Source of the DNA: the human T2T-CHM13v2.0 reference genome, Homo sapiens
Assembly: GCF_009914755.1 (NCBI RefSeq)
Contig: NC_060928.1
DNA: 64,000 nt
Reading direction: 5' to 3' (one strand)
Below the pieces are notes generated by a model. The model had not been told where the DNA came from and did no database searches. It saw nothing but the letters and a program-made list of their open reading frames with translations. Made by a program: the position numbers and the translations under genes. Positions 37,361-52,284 of the stretch are shown piece after piece (within the stretch, counting starts at the first letter, position 1; each line of letters opens with the position of its first letter).

Positions 37361-39186
37361 CCAGCAACTCCCTGATCTATTTCTTTATATACCTGTGCAA
37401 AAGAAAGAGTCTTTATAATAACAAATGTGGGCATTAGAGGATGGGAAAAATGCCCATTTACTTTTTTCTTCCTCTCTATCTTCCTACTTCTTAGTCTTAA
37501 ATATGGATGTAGTTTCAAGAAATGTGAAGCAGAATGGGATAAATTGAGATCCAGATTTTGTCTCAAGAACGAGAAAAGGGTAGGCCCCACAAACTGGAAT
37601 ATGCCTCAGCAATAGGGCAAATTGTTTAACTCAGGAGAAAAACCTTTTAAACTTGTTTATAAACTCACCTCTGAGCTGAGCATTAGTGGTTCTGACTTTA
37701 AAAAACATACAGAACATTTAAAAACTGACTTGATAGAACATCACCCAGGACCCAGACTTGGTGAATGTATGGAATAGATTAGAATTGGCATTGCAAGGGT
37801 TAGAAAACTAAACTGATATTAGAATCACAACTCAGGGAATGCTGGTTGGAGCTTTCAGCCTGAGCCCAACTTGGTCAATTGTTTGCAAAGCAAAAATATT
37901 GCTTTCTAAGAAAACAAAAATATCAATATTCTATATAAATAGCATAACATAACATTCAACTGTATAGAATATTATACAAAATTATTCAGAATATGAAGAA
38001 TTGAGAAAATTTCAACTCAAATGAGAAAAACAAAAACAATTACCAACACTGAGATTTCACAGATATTGAAATATTTAGACAAAGACTTTAATGAGTTAAG
38101 AAAGTACTCTAACAAGTAGTGATAAACGCTCTAAAAATAAATGTAAAGTTACAAAGTCTCAGCGAAAGAAATAGAAAAAATAAGAATCAAGTGAAAATTT
38201 TGTAGCTGAAAAATGTAAATATACCACAAAATTACAAGAAAACCTCAATTGATGGACTTAATGGTGAATTTAAAGATGACAGAGGAAAGTATTTGCAATA
38301 GAAGAGAGAGCAATATGAAAAATCTAATGTGATAAATAGAAAAACAATTAACAAAGATCCAGTAGCCTGTGGGAAAACCTCAATAGATATAGACTATATG
38401 TCATCATAAGGTCAAAAGAAAAGGTAGCGTGGTGCATACACAAAACACTATTTAAAAAAAAATAATGGCTGAAAACGTACCAAGTTTGGCAAAAGATCTA
38501 AACCTACAGATTACAGAGAACAATGAACCCCAAAAAGAACAAAACTAAGGGAAACAATGTGGTATCCCTTTATAAATGTTTCCTGGGTAATTAAAAATAA
38601 TAAGTAATTTGCTGAGTTTTCAGTGAATGGTTTTATAAATTAAATAAAACTTAGTAAATTAATAAAAGTAAAATTCTTAAAGCATGTTCTGTGACCAAAA
38701 TGGAATTAGAGTAGAAATCAACAACAAAAAGATACAGAAAAATGCTCAAATATTTGGTAAGTACAAAACATGCTTTTTAAAACCTAACAAAAATGAACAA
38801 AATATGTGCAAGTTCTATATAAAGAAAACTACAAGACTCTAATGAAATATATCAAACAAAATCTAAACAAATGGAGAGATATTCCATGAACAAGGACAAA
38901 AAGAATGTCATTTATTTCTACTTTGAATTATAGATCCAAAGCAATCCTGATCAAAATCCCAGCTAGTGATTTCATGAATTTCTACAAACCAATTTAAAGT
39001 TTACATAGAAAGACAAAAGAACCAGAATAACTAACACTACATAGAAGGAGAATAAAGTTAGATTGACAGTACCTGATTTCAATACTTATATAAAGCTACT
39101 ATAATTATGACAGTGTGGAATTGGCAAAAGAATAGACAAGTAGATCAATGGAACAGACCAGAGTCCAGAAATAGACCCACACAGAG

Positions 39187-39548
39187 CAGATGATCTCTTA
39201 CTTGCAATGTTGACTTAATATTTTCAACTTTACAATGGGTTTATCAGGGTATTAAATGCATGTTTTTCTTTGCTGAAAACAGGGTCTAACTCTATTGCCC
39301 ATGCTGAAGTACCAAACTGGCCTAATTTTTTCAAAAATTTTTTTCATAGAGACAGGGTCTTGCTGTGTTGCCAAGACTCGTCCAGAACTTCCGGTCTCAA
39401 GTGATCTTCCCACCTAGCCTCCCAAAGCACTGGGAGGGAGTATAAGCATGAGGCCACCATGACTGGCTAAATTCATTTTTGACTTACAATATTGTTAACA
39501 TGATGGGTTTATCAAGACATAATCCTATCATAAGTCAAGGAGCATCTG
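39187..39548 (-). mobile_element. Tigger4a-like MITE nested in L1, itself split by an Alu
   Basis: CAGATG...CATCTG termini, ATGGGTTTATCAGGGTATTAAATGCAT, and TAAGTCAAGGAGCATCTG|TA. Confidence 0.75.
39263..39468 (-). mobile_element. Old Alu (AluJ-like, internally deleted)
   Basis: ACAGGGTCT...TTGCCCATGCTGAAGT, then AGAGACAGGGTCTTGCTGTGTTGCC...CTCAAGTGATCTTCCCACC...CCTCCCAAAGCACTGGGA...CCACCATGACTGGC. Confidence 0.85.
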
Positions 39549-40956
39549 TATAGTCAACTGATCTTTGGCAACTGAGTAAAGGCAATTCAATGGAAAAAGG
39601 ATAGTCTTTTCAACAACTTGGGATGGAACAACTGGACATTCATATGCACAAAAAATGAATCTGGACACAGACTTTACACCTTTTACAAAAATTAACATGA
39701 AATGGAGTAGAGACCTAACTGTAAAATGCAAAAGTATAAAACTCCTAGAAGATTACATAGGGAGAAATCTAGATGATCCCAGGTTTGGCAATGCCTTCTT
39801 AGGTACAAGACTAAAAGCATAATCTATAAATGAAAAACAAACCTGACAAATTGGACTTTACTGAAATTACAAACTGCTGTTCTGCAAAATAGTTAAGAAA
39901 ATGAAATGACAAGCCAGAGACTGGGAGAAAATTTTTACAAAACACACATCTGATAAAGGGCAGGTATCCAAAACACACAAAGAAATCTTAAAACCCAACA
40001 ATAAAAAATAAAGTTAGAATAAAGATAAAAGATTTGAGCAGACATCTTACCAAAGAAGATATACAGATGGCAAATAAGCATATGAAAAGATGTTCAACCT
40101 CATATATTATTAGGTAGTTTCAAATGAAAACAATGATATAACAATACACACCTATTAACATGGCCAAAATCCAGAATACTGACAATACATGTTAGTGAAG
40201 ATATGGAGTGGTAGAAACTGTCATTCGTTGCAGGTAGGAGTGAAAATGGTACAGCTAACTGAAAAACTTTTTGGTAGTTTCTTATAAAACTAAACATACT
40301 CTTAAATATGGTCCAGCAACCCATTTACCTTATAAATACCCAAATGAATTGTCAATTTAAATCCACACAAAAAACCTACACATGAATATGTATAGCAGCT
40401 CTATTCATAATTGCTAAAACTTGGAAGCAACCAAGATGTTCTTCAATAAGTGAATGGAGAAATAAACTCTGGTGCATCCATACAAAGAAATATTATTCCA
40501 GTGTAAAAAGATATGTTATCAAGCCAGAAAAAGATATGGAGGAACCTTGAGTGCATATTGTTAAGTGGAAGAAACCAATCTGAAAAAGCTACATACTGTG
40601 TTCATACTACATACTACATACACATTTAAACTGTATGATATTCATAAAAAGGCAAAACTACAGATATCTTAAAAATATTAGTGATTGTCAGAGATTTGAA
40701 GTGGGGAGGAGAAATGACCAGGCAGAGCAAAGGGGATTTTTAGGGCATTAAAACTACTCTGTACAATACTACTATGGTGTATTTATATCACGAATTTGTC
40801 AAAACCTCTAAAATGCACACTACGAAAAGTGAAACCTACTGTAAACTATGGACTTCACTGAATAAAAATCATGAATATTGTCTCATCAATTGTAACAAGT
40901 GTATACACTATTTAAAGTGTTAATAACAGGGGAAATTGAGAAGGGGCTGTGGTGGT

Positions 40957-41087
40957 AGTGCTACTGTCATCTAGAGGGCAGAGGCCAGGTATACTGCTAA
41001 ACATCCTACAATGCACAGGACAGCCTCCCCTGTAACAAATGATTATCTGCTCCAAAATATCAATAGTGTTGCAGCAGAGAAACCCTG
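40957..41087 (+). mobile_element. MER20 (hAT-Charlie), partial
   Basis: GCTACTGTCATCTAGAGGGCAGAGGCCAGG...TGCTAAACATCCTACAATGCACAGGACAGCC...AAAATATCAATAGTG...AGAAACCCTG. Confidence 0.85.
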
Positions 41088-41967
41088 TTCTCGATGTTTT
41101 GTTTTGGTTTTGGCCTCTCTATATAAAACATTTTAAAAATTATTTTCCATTTATCTAATTAATCAGAAAAAAAAGTCTTTATTAATGTCATTTGATATGG
41201 ACAATTTAAATAACAAAAGATAGTTTTTTTGTACTAACAGGCATTTTCAGCCAGCATTGTAAGAGCAAAAACATAGATTATAATTTTTAAAAAATCCTTG
41301 CTTCACTGCAAGATATTCTCTAACAGAAGCATTTATTGCAGGAAAACAATGACAGCCTTTGGGCCAGTTTTCAACACTTAAACAGGTCACATTTTTTTTG
41401 TGTGTGTGTGTTTTTTGTTTTTTTTTTGGTCATTGGAAAAAGCAACAGCCGTAGCAAGAGGTGATAGAAACTCAAGGAAATCAGGCATCCTTAATGACTC
41501 CATTCAGACTTTAGTATAGGTCTCTGGTAATTTCTTTTTAAGAATTCTAGAGTTCAGGCTTTTGATCTTATGGGAAAATCCAAGCATCGGCAGAAAGCCA
41601 CTCTATTTGCAGAGCCCTAACTAATATAATATTCCCAATTTGACCAGAGATCTCCCAGCAGGAAGGTTTCTTTCACTCAAAATGGCTGTAAGCCCTAATA
41701 CCCAGAGTTGTATTTACTGTTTTCTTTGGGAGATCTCTTGAGGGTGTAAGACAATTAAAGGGCTGAGTCACTATTAACCACATTTTCCCTTTCAGTTTTT
41801 AGATATATCCTCTAGCTAAGACAAAGCTGAAAAGCTGCAACCTCTGGGAGCAACATGCTCTTATTTTGTTGGAATTGCCAGTTCTGTACTTGATTACAAG
41901 GGGTCTGGAGTGGTTGTGTAGGTAGGTATAGCAGTGCTGAGATTAACACCAGGTGTAGCCTCTGTGG

Positions 41968-42165
41968 CAGTGATTAGGGGACATTTGTCAATAACCAGAG
42001 ACATTTTCAGTTGTCATATTTTGGGGGAAGGGTCCTGCTAGCATTTAGTGGAAGAGACCAGGCATGCTAATGCTAAACATCCTGCAATGCACAAGACAGG
42101 CCCCCACAACAAAGAATTAATTATCTGGCCCAAAATATCAATATCGCCAAGGTTGCAAAACTATG
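41968..42165 (+). mobile_element. MER20 (hAT-Charlie)
   Basis: GGGGACATTTG...GAGACATTTT...TGCTAAACATCCTGCAATGCACAAGACAGGCCCCCACAACAAAGAATTA...CCAAAATATCAAT. Confidence 0.85.
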
Positions 42166-42325
42166 CTCTATGGGTTTATTCATCTTAATCAGCATTGTAA
42201 AAAATTTCCCAACTTATATATCTTAAGATAATACATTATGTGGACCACACCTGAGATAAGAGCTCTTTATAAATGATATTTTCAAGCATGCATTTGTTTT
42301 GCAGTGTCTGTCAAGCCATAACGCT

Positions 42326-42701
42326 CAATCATATGTTGCTTAATGACAGGGATACATTCTGAGAAATGTTAGGCGATTTTATCATTGTGTGAACATCATG
42401 GAGTGTACCCACTCAAGCCTAGATGGTATAACTTAACTATACACCTATGCTGTAAGGTATAGACTATTGCTCCTAAGATACAAAACTGTACTGAACAGTA
42501 GGTAATTGTGACACAGTGGTAATTATTCATGTATCTAAACATATCTAAAAATAGAAAAGGCAATGCATTGCCCTATAACATTAAGATGGCTACAGTGTTA
42601 CTATCTGATAGGAAATTTTCAGCTTCATTATAATTTTATGGAACTACCATCATATATGCTGTCCATCATTCACCAAAGCATCTTTATGTGGTGCCTCACT
42701 G
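42326..42701 (+). mobile_element. Tigger3a MITE
   Basis: GCTTAATGACAGGGATACATTCTGAGAAATG...CATTGTGTGAACATCATGGAGTGTAC...TTATGTGGTGCCTCACTG|TA. Confidence 0.85.
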
Positions 42702-44339
42702 TATTTATGTTATTTTCTTAATTGTCTGAACAGGCTTGGAGGAAATCTTTTGCTGCCTGGTTGAACTCCAACCAAAGGGTCTTTGGAAATTTGAATTTAA
42801 GATCTATCTTCCATCTTCCAGTTTCAGTACACAAGTCTTTAAAATAAAATATATGGCTAACAGTTACTTGTGATACATGATGCTTGAAACTGTCCCATGT
42901 TAAGTGGTTATTTCCAAATATTATTATTGTTTCTGCTTCATTCTTTTCTTACACATATCTGGAGAAGCCACATATGATTATAATCCATTTACTCCTAAAA
43001 AACCATTCTCAAAAGAAAACCTTTCAATATTTGTATTGTGTAAAAAGATAAATTTAATCAAGCTGATAATATTCAATTAATTGAATCAAAATTCTGCAAA
43101 TTGTCACTTGAAACACACAGAGCCCTATCTTAAATGATTTTGTCAAGCGTTTGCAAGACTTATAAAATGAACTTGCTTTGTGCTTGAGACAATGCTTTAA
43201 TATGAGTCTAAACTGAAAACTGGTATTTACCAACCCTATTTTAACCACAGTATAAGTATTTAACTATATTTTATGTATTACTTAAACTATAATTGAGTAC
43301 ACGCTGAGATTAAAAATGAATATTATCTATATCCAATATGGAAACGTCAATAATGCACCAAGGCTCTTCTGCTTCAACCCACAAACAAGGAATCAATACC
43401 AAAGTCTATTCAAGCTTGAGAAAAATAGAGACTTGAATAATTGTCTAGTTAGTTTAATAAATGTAGACAGCTGACCTAGATAAATCAAGTTGTAAAGAAC
43501 TCTTTTACCTCATTAGCATTTTTGTCCTGAATTATCCAGATAATTATTCCAATTTTCCACATCACTTTGCTCATATTGACAGAGTGTCTTTCAGTTTTTC
43601 ATGTAAATGCATTTCTTCTGTTCTGCTTAAAGCTCAGCAAGGTGTGCATCCTTTATGATGTAAATCTAGCATTTCCCTGTTTTGTTGATGCTTTTTGAAA
43701 TGCTATCATCTCTGTATGTATAACCTTTAACTCACTATAGATAATTTGACCATGATGGTGCCAAATAATCTATTCATGCATTATATAGTTCTGATTAGAA
43801 AAAATATCTTGACTATTCTGCTCCATTTTTCTTCATTTATATATGATGTATTTGAATTTCTGCAGAACATGTTTTTCCTTTGCCTTCTCTCCTAAAATAT
43901 TTCTATTCAGCCAGTAAAACTATTTCACTTACTCACCTGGTTTAACCTAGTTACATAGCAATGTCGTATTCAAAACTTTTAAGCTTCTATTTCCCATCAC
44001 ATAAACTAGTGTAATTCAGTTTATCTGTGTCTAATCGGAAAATGCTTATCTAGAATTAACTTGAGATGAGAGAACATATTACGGAAAGCAGATACTATAG
44101 TAAGTTCAGTCATTATTCATATTACTGTTACCCAAATGCCAACTGGTCATTTAAATGGTCTACTGGAGGGATAATGGTATCTTGCATAGGGTGGTAGTTC
44201 TGGAGCTTATGAGAAGTAATTGGCCTCTGAATATATTTTCAAGTAGAAATGGTAAGATTTGCTGGGATTCAGATGAGAATATAAGAGAAAGAGAACAGGT
44301 AAGGATGACTCTAAGACTTGTACTCCAAATTAACACATG

Positions 44340-47300
44340 AATCAAAGTACAACTTTTTAAAAATAGGAACTTTATTAGTGAGCTATTTGCTGTTGTTAGT
44401 GTTGGTGACATTATTTTAAAATTATCTTGTATTTTCTTGATAAATGTTTCTTTCCTCCAGAGTCAGTTCTAATCTTTGTCTATCCTGGTTTTTATATTTC
44501 AAGCTTTTAATTTTCTTCATGCATCTGATTTTTATAGATTGATTTTTTCCAGGTGGCTATTGTGGTTTTCTTCTGCTCCTACATATGTAGATTTCCCACA
44601 TTCCTATTTATGTAGGTCTATTTGCAGCAAAGTCTCTCCTGTAAATAAGAATATTGGTAGTTAATTAAGTGTCAGGTGACATGGCTGGGCAATTAATAGC
44701 CTTTGATTAAGATGTTGAGTTGTCTGAAAAACCACAAATGAATGTGCCTTTGATCTCTGGTGCCAGAATCCTAAATCTTTTTCAAGTTGTTATTTCATTT
44801 TTAACATTTTTTGTAGATTTTTACTTATATATATATACATATATATATTTGTTTATTTATTTATTATTGTGTTTTTGGCTGGTTAGTTGGTTTTTACCTG
44901 GGATTTAAAGCTAAATGCATGAGGATGGGATGAAGAAATAAAGAGTCAAGTGGAAGATGCCAATATTTGTATAGATATTCATCTGCCAGATTTTCAATTA
45001 ATTATGTTTTTTCATCCTCACTTCTTATTACTTCCCTCCTTACATTCTGATTTCAAGCTAGAACATGTCTTTGTTTCTGAATAATTTATTGGTTATTGAT
45101 TAAATTGAGTCTAGTTTTACAGAATTGCTTTTCTCTACCTTTGTTTATATAGTCTGATTTTTCAAATACACCATCATTCAGTAAGTTTCTCATCATACCC
45201 TTTCATTATCTTTTTAATATCTGCCATGATTTATGCATTACTTTTTATTTCTAAAGTTAGTTCATGTTTTTATTTGTATCTAGTTTCTTTTTCTCTTGAT
45301 CATCCTTGAAAATTTATCAATTTTACTCATTTTTTATAAAATAACTCAAACTAATTGATTTTTTAATTAATTTTTTGTTTACATATTTTCTATTTTGGTG
45401 GTTTATGCTCTATGTTTCCTTCTTTTTACCTTCTTTACATATAATCTCTTGCTGTAGTCTCACATATTAAATTATTTGCTTATTTCAATAATTTTCATTT
45501 TTTTTTCCAACATAAGCTTGTATAACTCTTACAGAATTCCCGTTAAACTGGCTTTTAGCTGCATTCCACAAGTTTTGGTTCTCCTCTAAATTTTATTATA
45601 ATCTATTATTTAATTATAAATTATTTAAATATTTTATTTTTTCAAATGTGTTTATTAAATGTAACATCTATGTAAAATGCACAAAGCACAATGTACAGTG
45701 AACTGAACATTCATAAATTGAATACAACAATGTATTATGCAACTAACATCCAATTCAAGAAATGGAGTATTATAAGTAGCTCAAATTTTTTCCTATTTTT
45801 GAACGCTATTACAATAAATGAACAACAATAGCCTTTCTTCTAGCATGACAGATTAGTTTTGTCTGTAATGTAACTTTATCACATAAGATCCCTACCCACT
45901 TTTGGCTGGTGTTGTCCCCTATATATTGTGTTTGTGAAATCCATCCATGCTATTATGCATAGTCATAGTTAATTCATTTTTATTGTTCTATATATTTCAT
46001 TGTACGATATACCATAATTATCCACTGCAACATTTGTGAACATTTTGGTAGTTCTCGGTGTTTAGCTATTACAAATAACCTTTCTCTAAACATTGTGGTA
46101 CTTGTCTTTTGGCAAACACATGTAGATGTTTATTTGTAATTTACAACTTTTATAAGTGAGGGAGTAACTTTCCTTGTGGGGTTACTATGGATCACTCCAA
46201 CACAGTTAGGGAAATTACACAGACAGGCATATGAAATTGAGGGATTGATTATACTCACAGGTCCTGGAGAGGGAAGAACACCATACCCAGAGGCACACAC
46301 AAATGCAGGGAGAGAGAGAACAGAGTGAGAACCCATGGACCAGTGCCTTCATTGAGGACCATGAATGGCATAGCTTGTGTATTGTGGAGCATTCTTGTCA
46401 GGGTACTTTGAAAATAAATGAGTCAACATAGAAAGTAGGGAATGAGTATAATGGGAAATTCCTCATGAGGCTTTTCACTCTAATACACATGTTGGGGATG
46501 GGCACCCAGAAATGGGCAATAACTAAGCAAAAGTTCAAAACAAGCAGTGTGACGCCAGTACCTAGGGGAGCCACTGAAGCAATCGATAACACCTTCAAAT
46601 TATGACACACCTAGGAATAGAATTGCTGAACCATAAGTAGATGCATATGTTCAAACTTAGCAGATATTTCCAAATGGCTTTTCAAAGTTGTTGTACCAAT
46701 TTATGATTCGGCAAGCTGTATTAGAGTTAGATAGAGCATCCAGAAATAGATTCATTTATATATAGTGTTCTGATTTTTAACAGAAGTGAAACAGAATTGA
46801 AGTGTGGAAAAATATTTTCATAAGTGATGCTGAATCAATTGGATATGCATAAGGAAATAAATGCATTTAGAACCTTCCCCTATCTCCCATCTTACCCAAA
46901 ACTTAATCCCACATGGGTTGCAAATATAAATGATGATGGTGAAAAAATAAGGATTGTGGGGGAAAAGCAAAGGAAAATATATTCATGACAACAGAGTAAG
47001 CAAAATTTTCTCACACAAAGTACACGAGCAATACCTATGAAAAGTGCCAAATTAGACAATAATAAAATTAAGAACTTGTTCATCAAAGATGCATTAAAGT
47101 GTGTAAATAAAGCCAAAGAAATAGAAAACTTGTCATAAATATATCAGGAAAAAAAGACATGCATACCAAAAATACAAGAAGACATCCTATAATTTATTAA
47201 TAACAACAAAGTAGAGACAAGTCAGTTAAAAAACAACTCTAATAGGTATTTTATAAAAAGAGATATGAAATGGAAAATAAAAATATGAAAAGATGCTCAA

Positions 47301-47950
47301 CATCTTTAGTCACAAAGAAAATGTTTATTAAAGCTACAATGTGATACGACTACATGCAAAAATGGCTAAACTAAAAGGCAGTGGAAATACCATGTAGTGC
47401 AATAATGTGGAAAGACTGGAAATGTATTTCTTACTTCCAAACAATGGAATTTGTCTAGTTATATTTTCTGCTGATTTCCACCCTAATTTCATTGACATAG
47501 ATACTTATTACATGGATCAGTTAGAGTCTGTCTTCGTGCAAGTCCTATAAATGTGAGTGTGTAGTAATATTTCAAGTGCTCTGCATGAGTCCATTAGATT
47601 AAATCTGAAAATTATGTTTTTTGATTTTTCTAATTTTTTTACTGTATTTGAATGCTTGAACTGTCAATAATCAAACACTAAAAAATGTGTTAAAAATATC
47701 CAAATATGATTGTTGTCTTTTTGCTTCTTGTATTTATTCAATTTTTGATTTATATATTTTGATACTTGTTAAAGGTAAATTAAACCCTAATTTTAAAAAA
47801 TTGTATAGTGACAGTCTTCTCTGTAGTCATGCTGTCTATTTTGTCTGATAATACACTTTGGCTCCTTTTATTTGTACTGTGCTTGTAATTTTTCCGTATT
47901 TTGAATTTCAGCTTTTCTGACTACATTTTACCTTTCTCTTTTAAAGAGCA
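44340..47950 (-). mobile_element. Cluster of degraded old L1M/L1ME pieces (mostly -, with a + oriented ORF2 piece at ~46727-47425)
   Basis: GCTTTTAGCTGCATTCCACAAGTTTTG; AATCCATCCATGCT...TTCATTGTACGATATACCATAATT; CCTAGGAATAGAATTGCTG; and on + ATATGAAAAGATGCTCAACATCTTTAGTCA. Confidence 0.65.
46158..46607 (-). mobile_element. ERVL-type solo LTR (MER54/LTR53/MER74-like) nested in L1
   Basis: TG...CA-bounded block interrupting L1; contains TTATACTCACAGGTCCTGGAGAGGG...ACCCATGGACCAGTGCCTTCATTGAGG. Subfamily uncertain. Confidence 0.5.
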
Positions 47951-47954
47951 TCAT

Positions 47955-48280
47955 TTTAGCCTTTGCTAAAACAATGCTGTGTAACAAAAAAAAAAAAAAA
48001 AAAAAAAAAAATGAAAACTTAATGGCATTCAACATTAAGCATTTATTTATAATTTAGGCATCTGCTGGGAATTCTACTGACTGAATCAGTTATGTTGTTA
48101 TTAGCTGAGATTGGCTGGGCTTGCCTACAAACTGCAGGTTCAATTTAGGTTATATTCATATCTCTCTCAGGTTCTGGAACCATTGGTACCCAAAGAATGT
48201 TCTTTTCGAGAAACGGCAGAGGCACTAGAGGAAATGCAGAAACACACACTTTCTTAAGGATTAGGCTTTGAAGAGACATA
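47955..48280 (-). mobile_element. Old MaLR LTR (MLT1H/J-like) containing an A26 tract at 47986-48011
   Basis: AATGCTGTGTAACAAA...AAAACTTAATGGC...AAGCATTTATT...CTTAAGGATTAGGCTTTGAA. Confidence 0.55.
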
Positions 48281-48434
48281 TAGCTGAATTTTAAAAATGT
48301 ATTTTTATGATCTTTGAATGTAAAGTGGAGTATTTAACTGATTTATTGTAGAGTGTAAAGTGGATTGTTTAACTGATTTGTTACACTTGTTGACACATTT
48401 GGATTATTTCCATCACATTTTATGCTATTTTTCT

Positions 48435-48779
48435 TGCTTAGTCCATTTGCACTGCTATAACTAAATACCAGAGACTAAGTCATTTATAAAGAACTGAAAT
48501 TTTTTATTTTCTCATAATTCTGAAGGCTGCAAAGTCCAAGATCAAGGCACCGGCAAGTCTGCTGTCTTATCAGGGCCTTCTTGCTATGCATTTACATGGC
48601 AGAAAAGCACAAAAGAGCAAACCCACTCCCACAAGACTTTTATAAGAGCCCTAATCTTATCCATGAGGGCTCTGCCCTAATGACTCAATCACTTTCCAAA
48701 GGGCCCACCACTTAATACTCAAGCATTGGCCATTAAGTTTTAACACATGAATTTTGAAAGACACATTTAGACCTTGGCA
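48435..48779 (-). mobile_element. MaLR solo LTR (MSTD/MLT1A-like)
   Basis: CTTAGTCCATTTGCACTGCTATAAC...AAGTCCAAGATCAAGGCACC...CATGAGGGCTCTGCCCT...ACACATTTAGACCTTGGCA. Confidence 0.85.
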
Positions 48780-49367
48780 CTTGTCATATTTGTTATTTTG
48801 TGTGTTTTTTTTCTGAATTTATTTGTATTTGTTTAGTATTCAATTTTACATTTTGCCTATATTGAAAATTATATACTCTTATTTTAGGTGGTTATGCATG
48901 TGATTTTACTATACATATTTTATAAGATCTAAAGTTAACAAATATTCTGAAAAACTAAACTCTAATTCCAAATATTTCTTTTTGATTTATATTACATACT
49001 AAGAAACATGTTTATGTATTTTTAGTTCTCTTTTTAAACCATAAGAAATTATTTTTGTATGCTGTTTTCACTTAGATTTATTTACACATTCACCACTTTT
49101 TCTTTTTGTTTATGTTTATTATTTTTATCTTGATATTTTATCTTATAACTTAAGTATTTTTATATTTTACTTCAGTGAGATTGTTCTGTTGGTGGAAACT
49201 CCCTCAGTTTTTGACAAAATATGGTTTTATTTTGCTCACAATTTTACAATTTATTTTTAGCTGATTATATATTCTAGTTCAACAGATATTTTTCAGCATG
49301 TTAAATATAATGTTCCACTGTCATCCAGTTTCAATTCTTACTGTTGATAAGTCACCTTAGAGGTTTT

Positions 49368-49692
<325 letters not shown>

Positions 49693-49869
49693 TAGAGTTT
49701 TGCAACTACTCCTAAAAAGGTATTCTACTTTTCTTCTCTACCTGCTTTTCAAATCTTTTCTTTCTACCTGGTGCCTTTCTATTCATTATATCTAAAATAT
49801 TGATTAATTTTTATTCTTTCCTCTCCTTTTTTAACTCATTACTTTTATAGTAGATATTGAAGCAGACAT

Positions 49870-50674
<805 letters not shown>

Positions 50675-51789
50675 TAGTTTACTAATTCTCTCTTCAACTG
50701 CATCTATGTTGCTGTCATATAAATTCACTACTTTATTCTTAATTACTCTTATTTTCAGTTTTTAGGTGTACAATTTTTCTACTTTTCAAATCTGCTTGGT
50801 CTTAATTCTTGAAATGGGTTAAAATACACATTTTACATTTATTTTGTGCTCAATAACCCTGCTATTTGACATCTCTTTACTGTTGATTTTGTTGGTTTTG
50901 TTTTCTGCTGGCTATTATGTTTTGTTTTCTTATATAAATTTTGATTAATTATTTAACATAAGCTTCTTATTTGTCTTGGAATTATATTCCTATGGTGTTA
51001 TTTTCAGTGGAATTCTAACTATAGCACTTATCTGAAATCAAGGTGAATGTGAATGCCCTAAAGTATTAGAAGTAAAAACAAATTATAAGGTAAATATATC
51101 AAATCCTTGTTAGTATATTTATCTGCCTGTTTATGTATTGTTCTTGGTAATAAATGCTTTCTCAGTTTTTATTAATTACAATGATTTATACCAAGAGGAA
51201 GAGTCTAAAATTATTTTAGTGACTGTAAACTTTCTCAGCTCTCTAACCAAAAAGTAATTTTTTCTAAGGTCAAAGTTTAAGCAAATTTACATTCTCTGGT
51301 TATTTCTTAAAATTCTCTCATTATTCACTAATTTTTGTACTAATTCACACATTCTTTTATTCAGTTAGAATATATTAATTATATTCTATGGATGTGCACT
51401 ATTAAATATTGTAACTATAGAGAAAAACACATAGTTTCTATTATTAAGTATTCCAGAATATATTCAGGACATCAATTTTGGGTGTTCTGTCCAAATTTGA
51501 AAATCATCACTTGTAATTTATACCTGTTTTATATATTCTTTGAAGTATTAGGTCATTCTACCTTATTTTTACATGTTTTTGACTCAGAATCTTACAATGT
51601 GAAAAGTACATTGTAAACTTCATGAGTAAATGAATTCTTAACAGTTACTCAAATTTATTTATAATATAGTCCCAGCAATCTGAAAAAGAATGATAATGTA
51701 CTGCCCGAAAGTAAACTCTTGAATTAATTCCCTGAGATTGATTCACTTTAACACTTTTGGTCTTCTATTTAAATCACTTATCTATTTAT

Positions 51790-52200
51790 GTATTAATATA
51801 TTCATTCAAGAGATATACTTTTGATGATAAAACTAGATGCAATTACTACAAATAAAAAAGAAAGCAGACTTTATCTTCAAACACTGTGAGATTATTTAGG
51901 GGTATAAAAATGTACACATACAACCACAAGACAAGGCAGAAAGTAATATGTGGGGAAAAAATATATATAAATGGTGTAAGCTAAGTGTTAGATGACCACA
52001 GATGCATAAAGTAGGGAAGACGAAATCCACTTTGGTAAGACCAGGTGGGGAAAGTCACAGAGGAAATGACTTTTGACCTGGCTATTTGAAAAGAAGACAA
52101 GCATTAGATTGGAAAAGACAACATAAACGACCATGGAAACAGGAATATACCTTATAGATTTAAGGAGCAGACTGGCAGTGAAGTTGAGTAAATATAGCAG
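51790..52200 (-). mobile_element. L2 fragment
   Basis: ATTCATTCAAGAGATAT...GGGAAAGTCACAGAGGAAATGACTTTTGACCTGG. Confidence 0.55.
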
Positions 52201-52284
52201 AATAATATGAAATGATCTAGACAAGGTTCCCTCCCGCCAGATGACAAGAGCTGTCTGTAACTGTCACACTTGAGAAGAAAGATG

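Larger units (their letters stand above)
34598..37372 (-). mobile_element. L1PA7-like LINE-1 insertion: intact 5' UTR, large internal deletion, 3' transduction
   Basis: L1PA 3' UTR (TTCTGGGATACATGTGCAGAACGTGCAGG) from ~34669. ORF2 C-terminal remnant. ORF1 start at 36029. 5' UTR ends ...GGCCATCTTG...CC at 37372. 14-bp TSD TGATCTATTTCTTT at 34584-34597 and 37373-37386. Confidence 0.93.
37700..40945 (+). mobile_element. Old L1 (L1MC1-like 3' end plus degraded ORF1/ORF2 pieces)
   Basis: ORF2-like AGATCAATGGAACAGA...CCAGAAATAGACCCACA, and L1MC1-type 3' UTR GGAGGAACCTTGAGTGCATATTG...GGATTTTTAGGGCATTAAAACTACTCTG...GTAAACTATGGACTT. Confidence 0.8.

Noticed and set aside
34602-37590. Cluster of longer ORFs and higher GC/CpG content
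   Set aside because: Explained by the L1PA element (ORF2 remnant and 5' UTR); not a host gene or host CpG-island promoter.
43927-43940. Consensus minus-strand donor CAG|GTGAGT, with others near 31934 and 32012
   Set aside because: No convincing paired acceptor or recognisable reading frame; isolated donors are expected by chance in 64 kb.
47986-48011. A26 tract suggesting a retrocopy tail
   Set aside because: It lies at an A-rich position within an MLT1-type LTR, with no TSD or upstream insert; better explained as homopolymer expansion.
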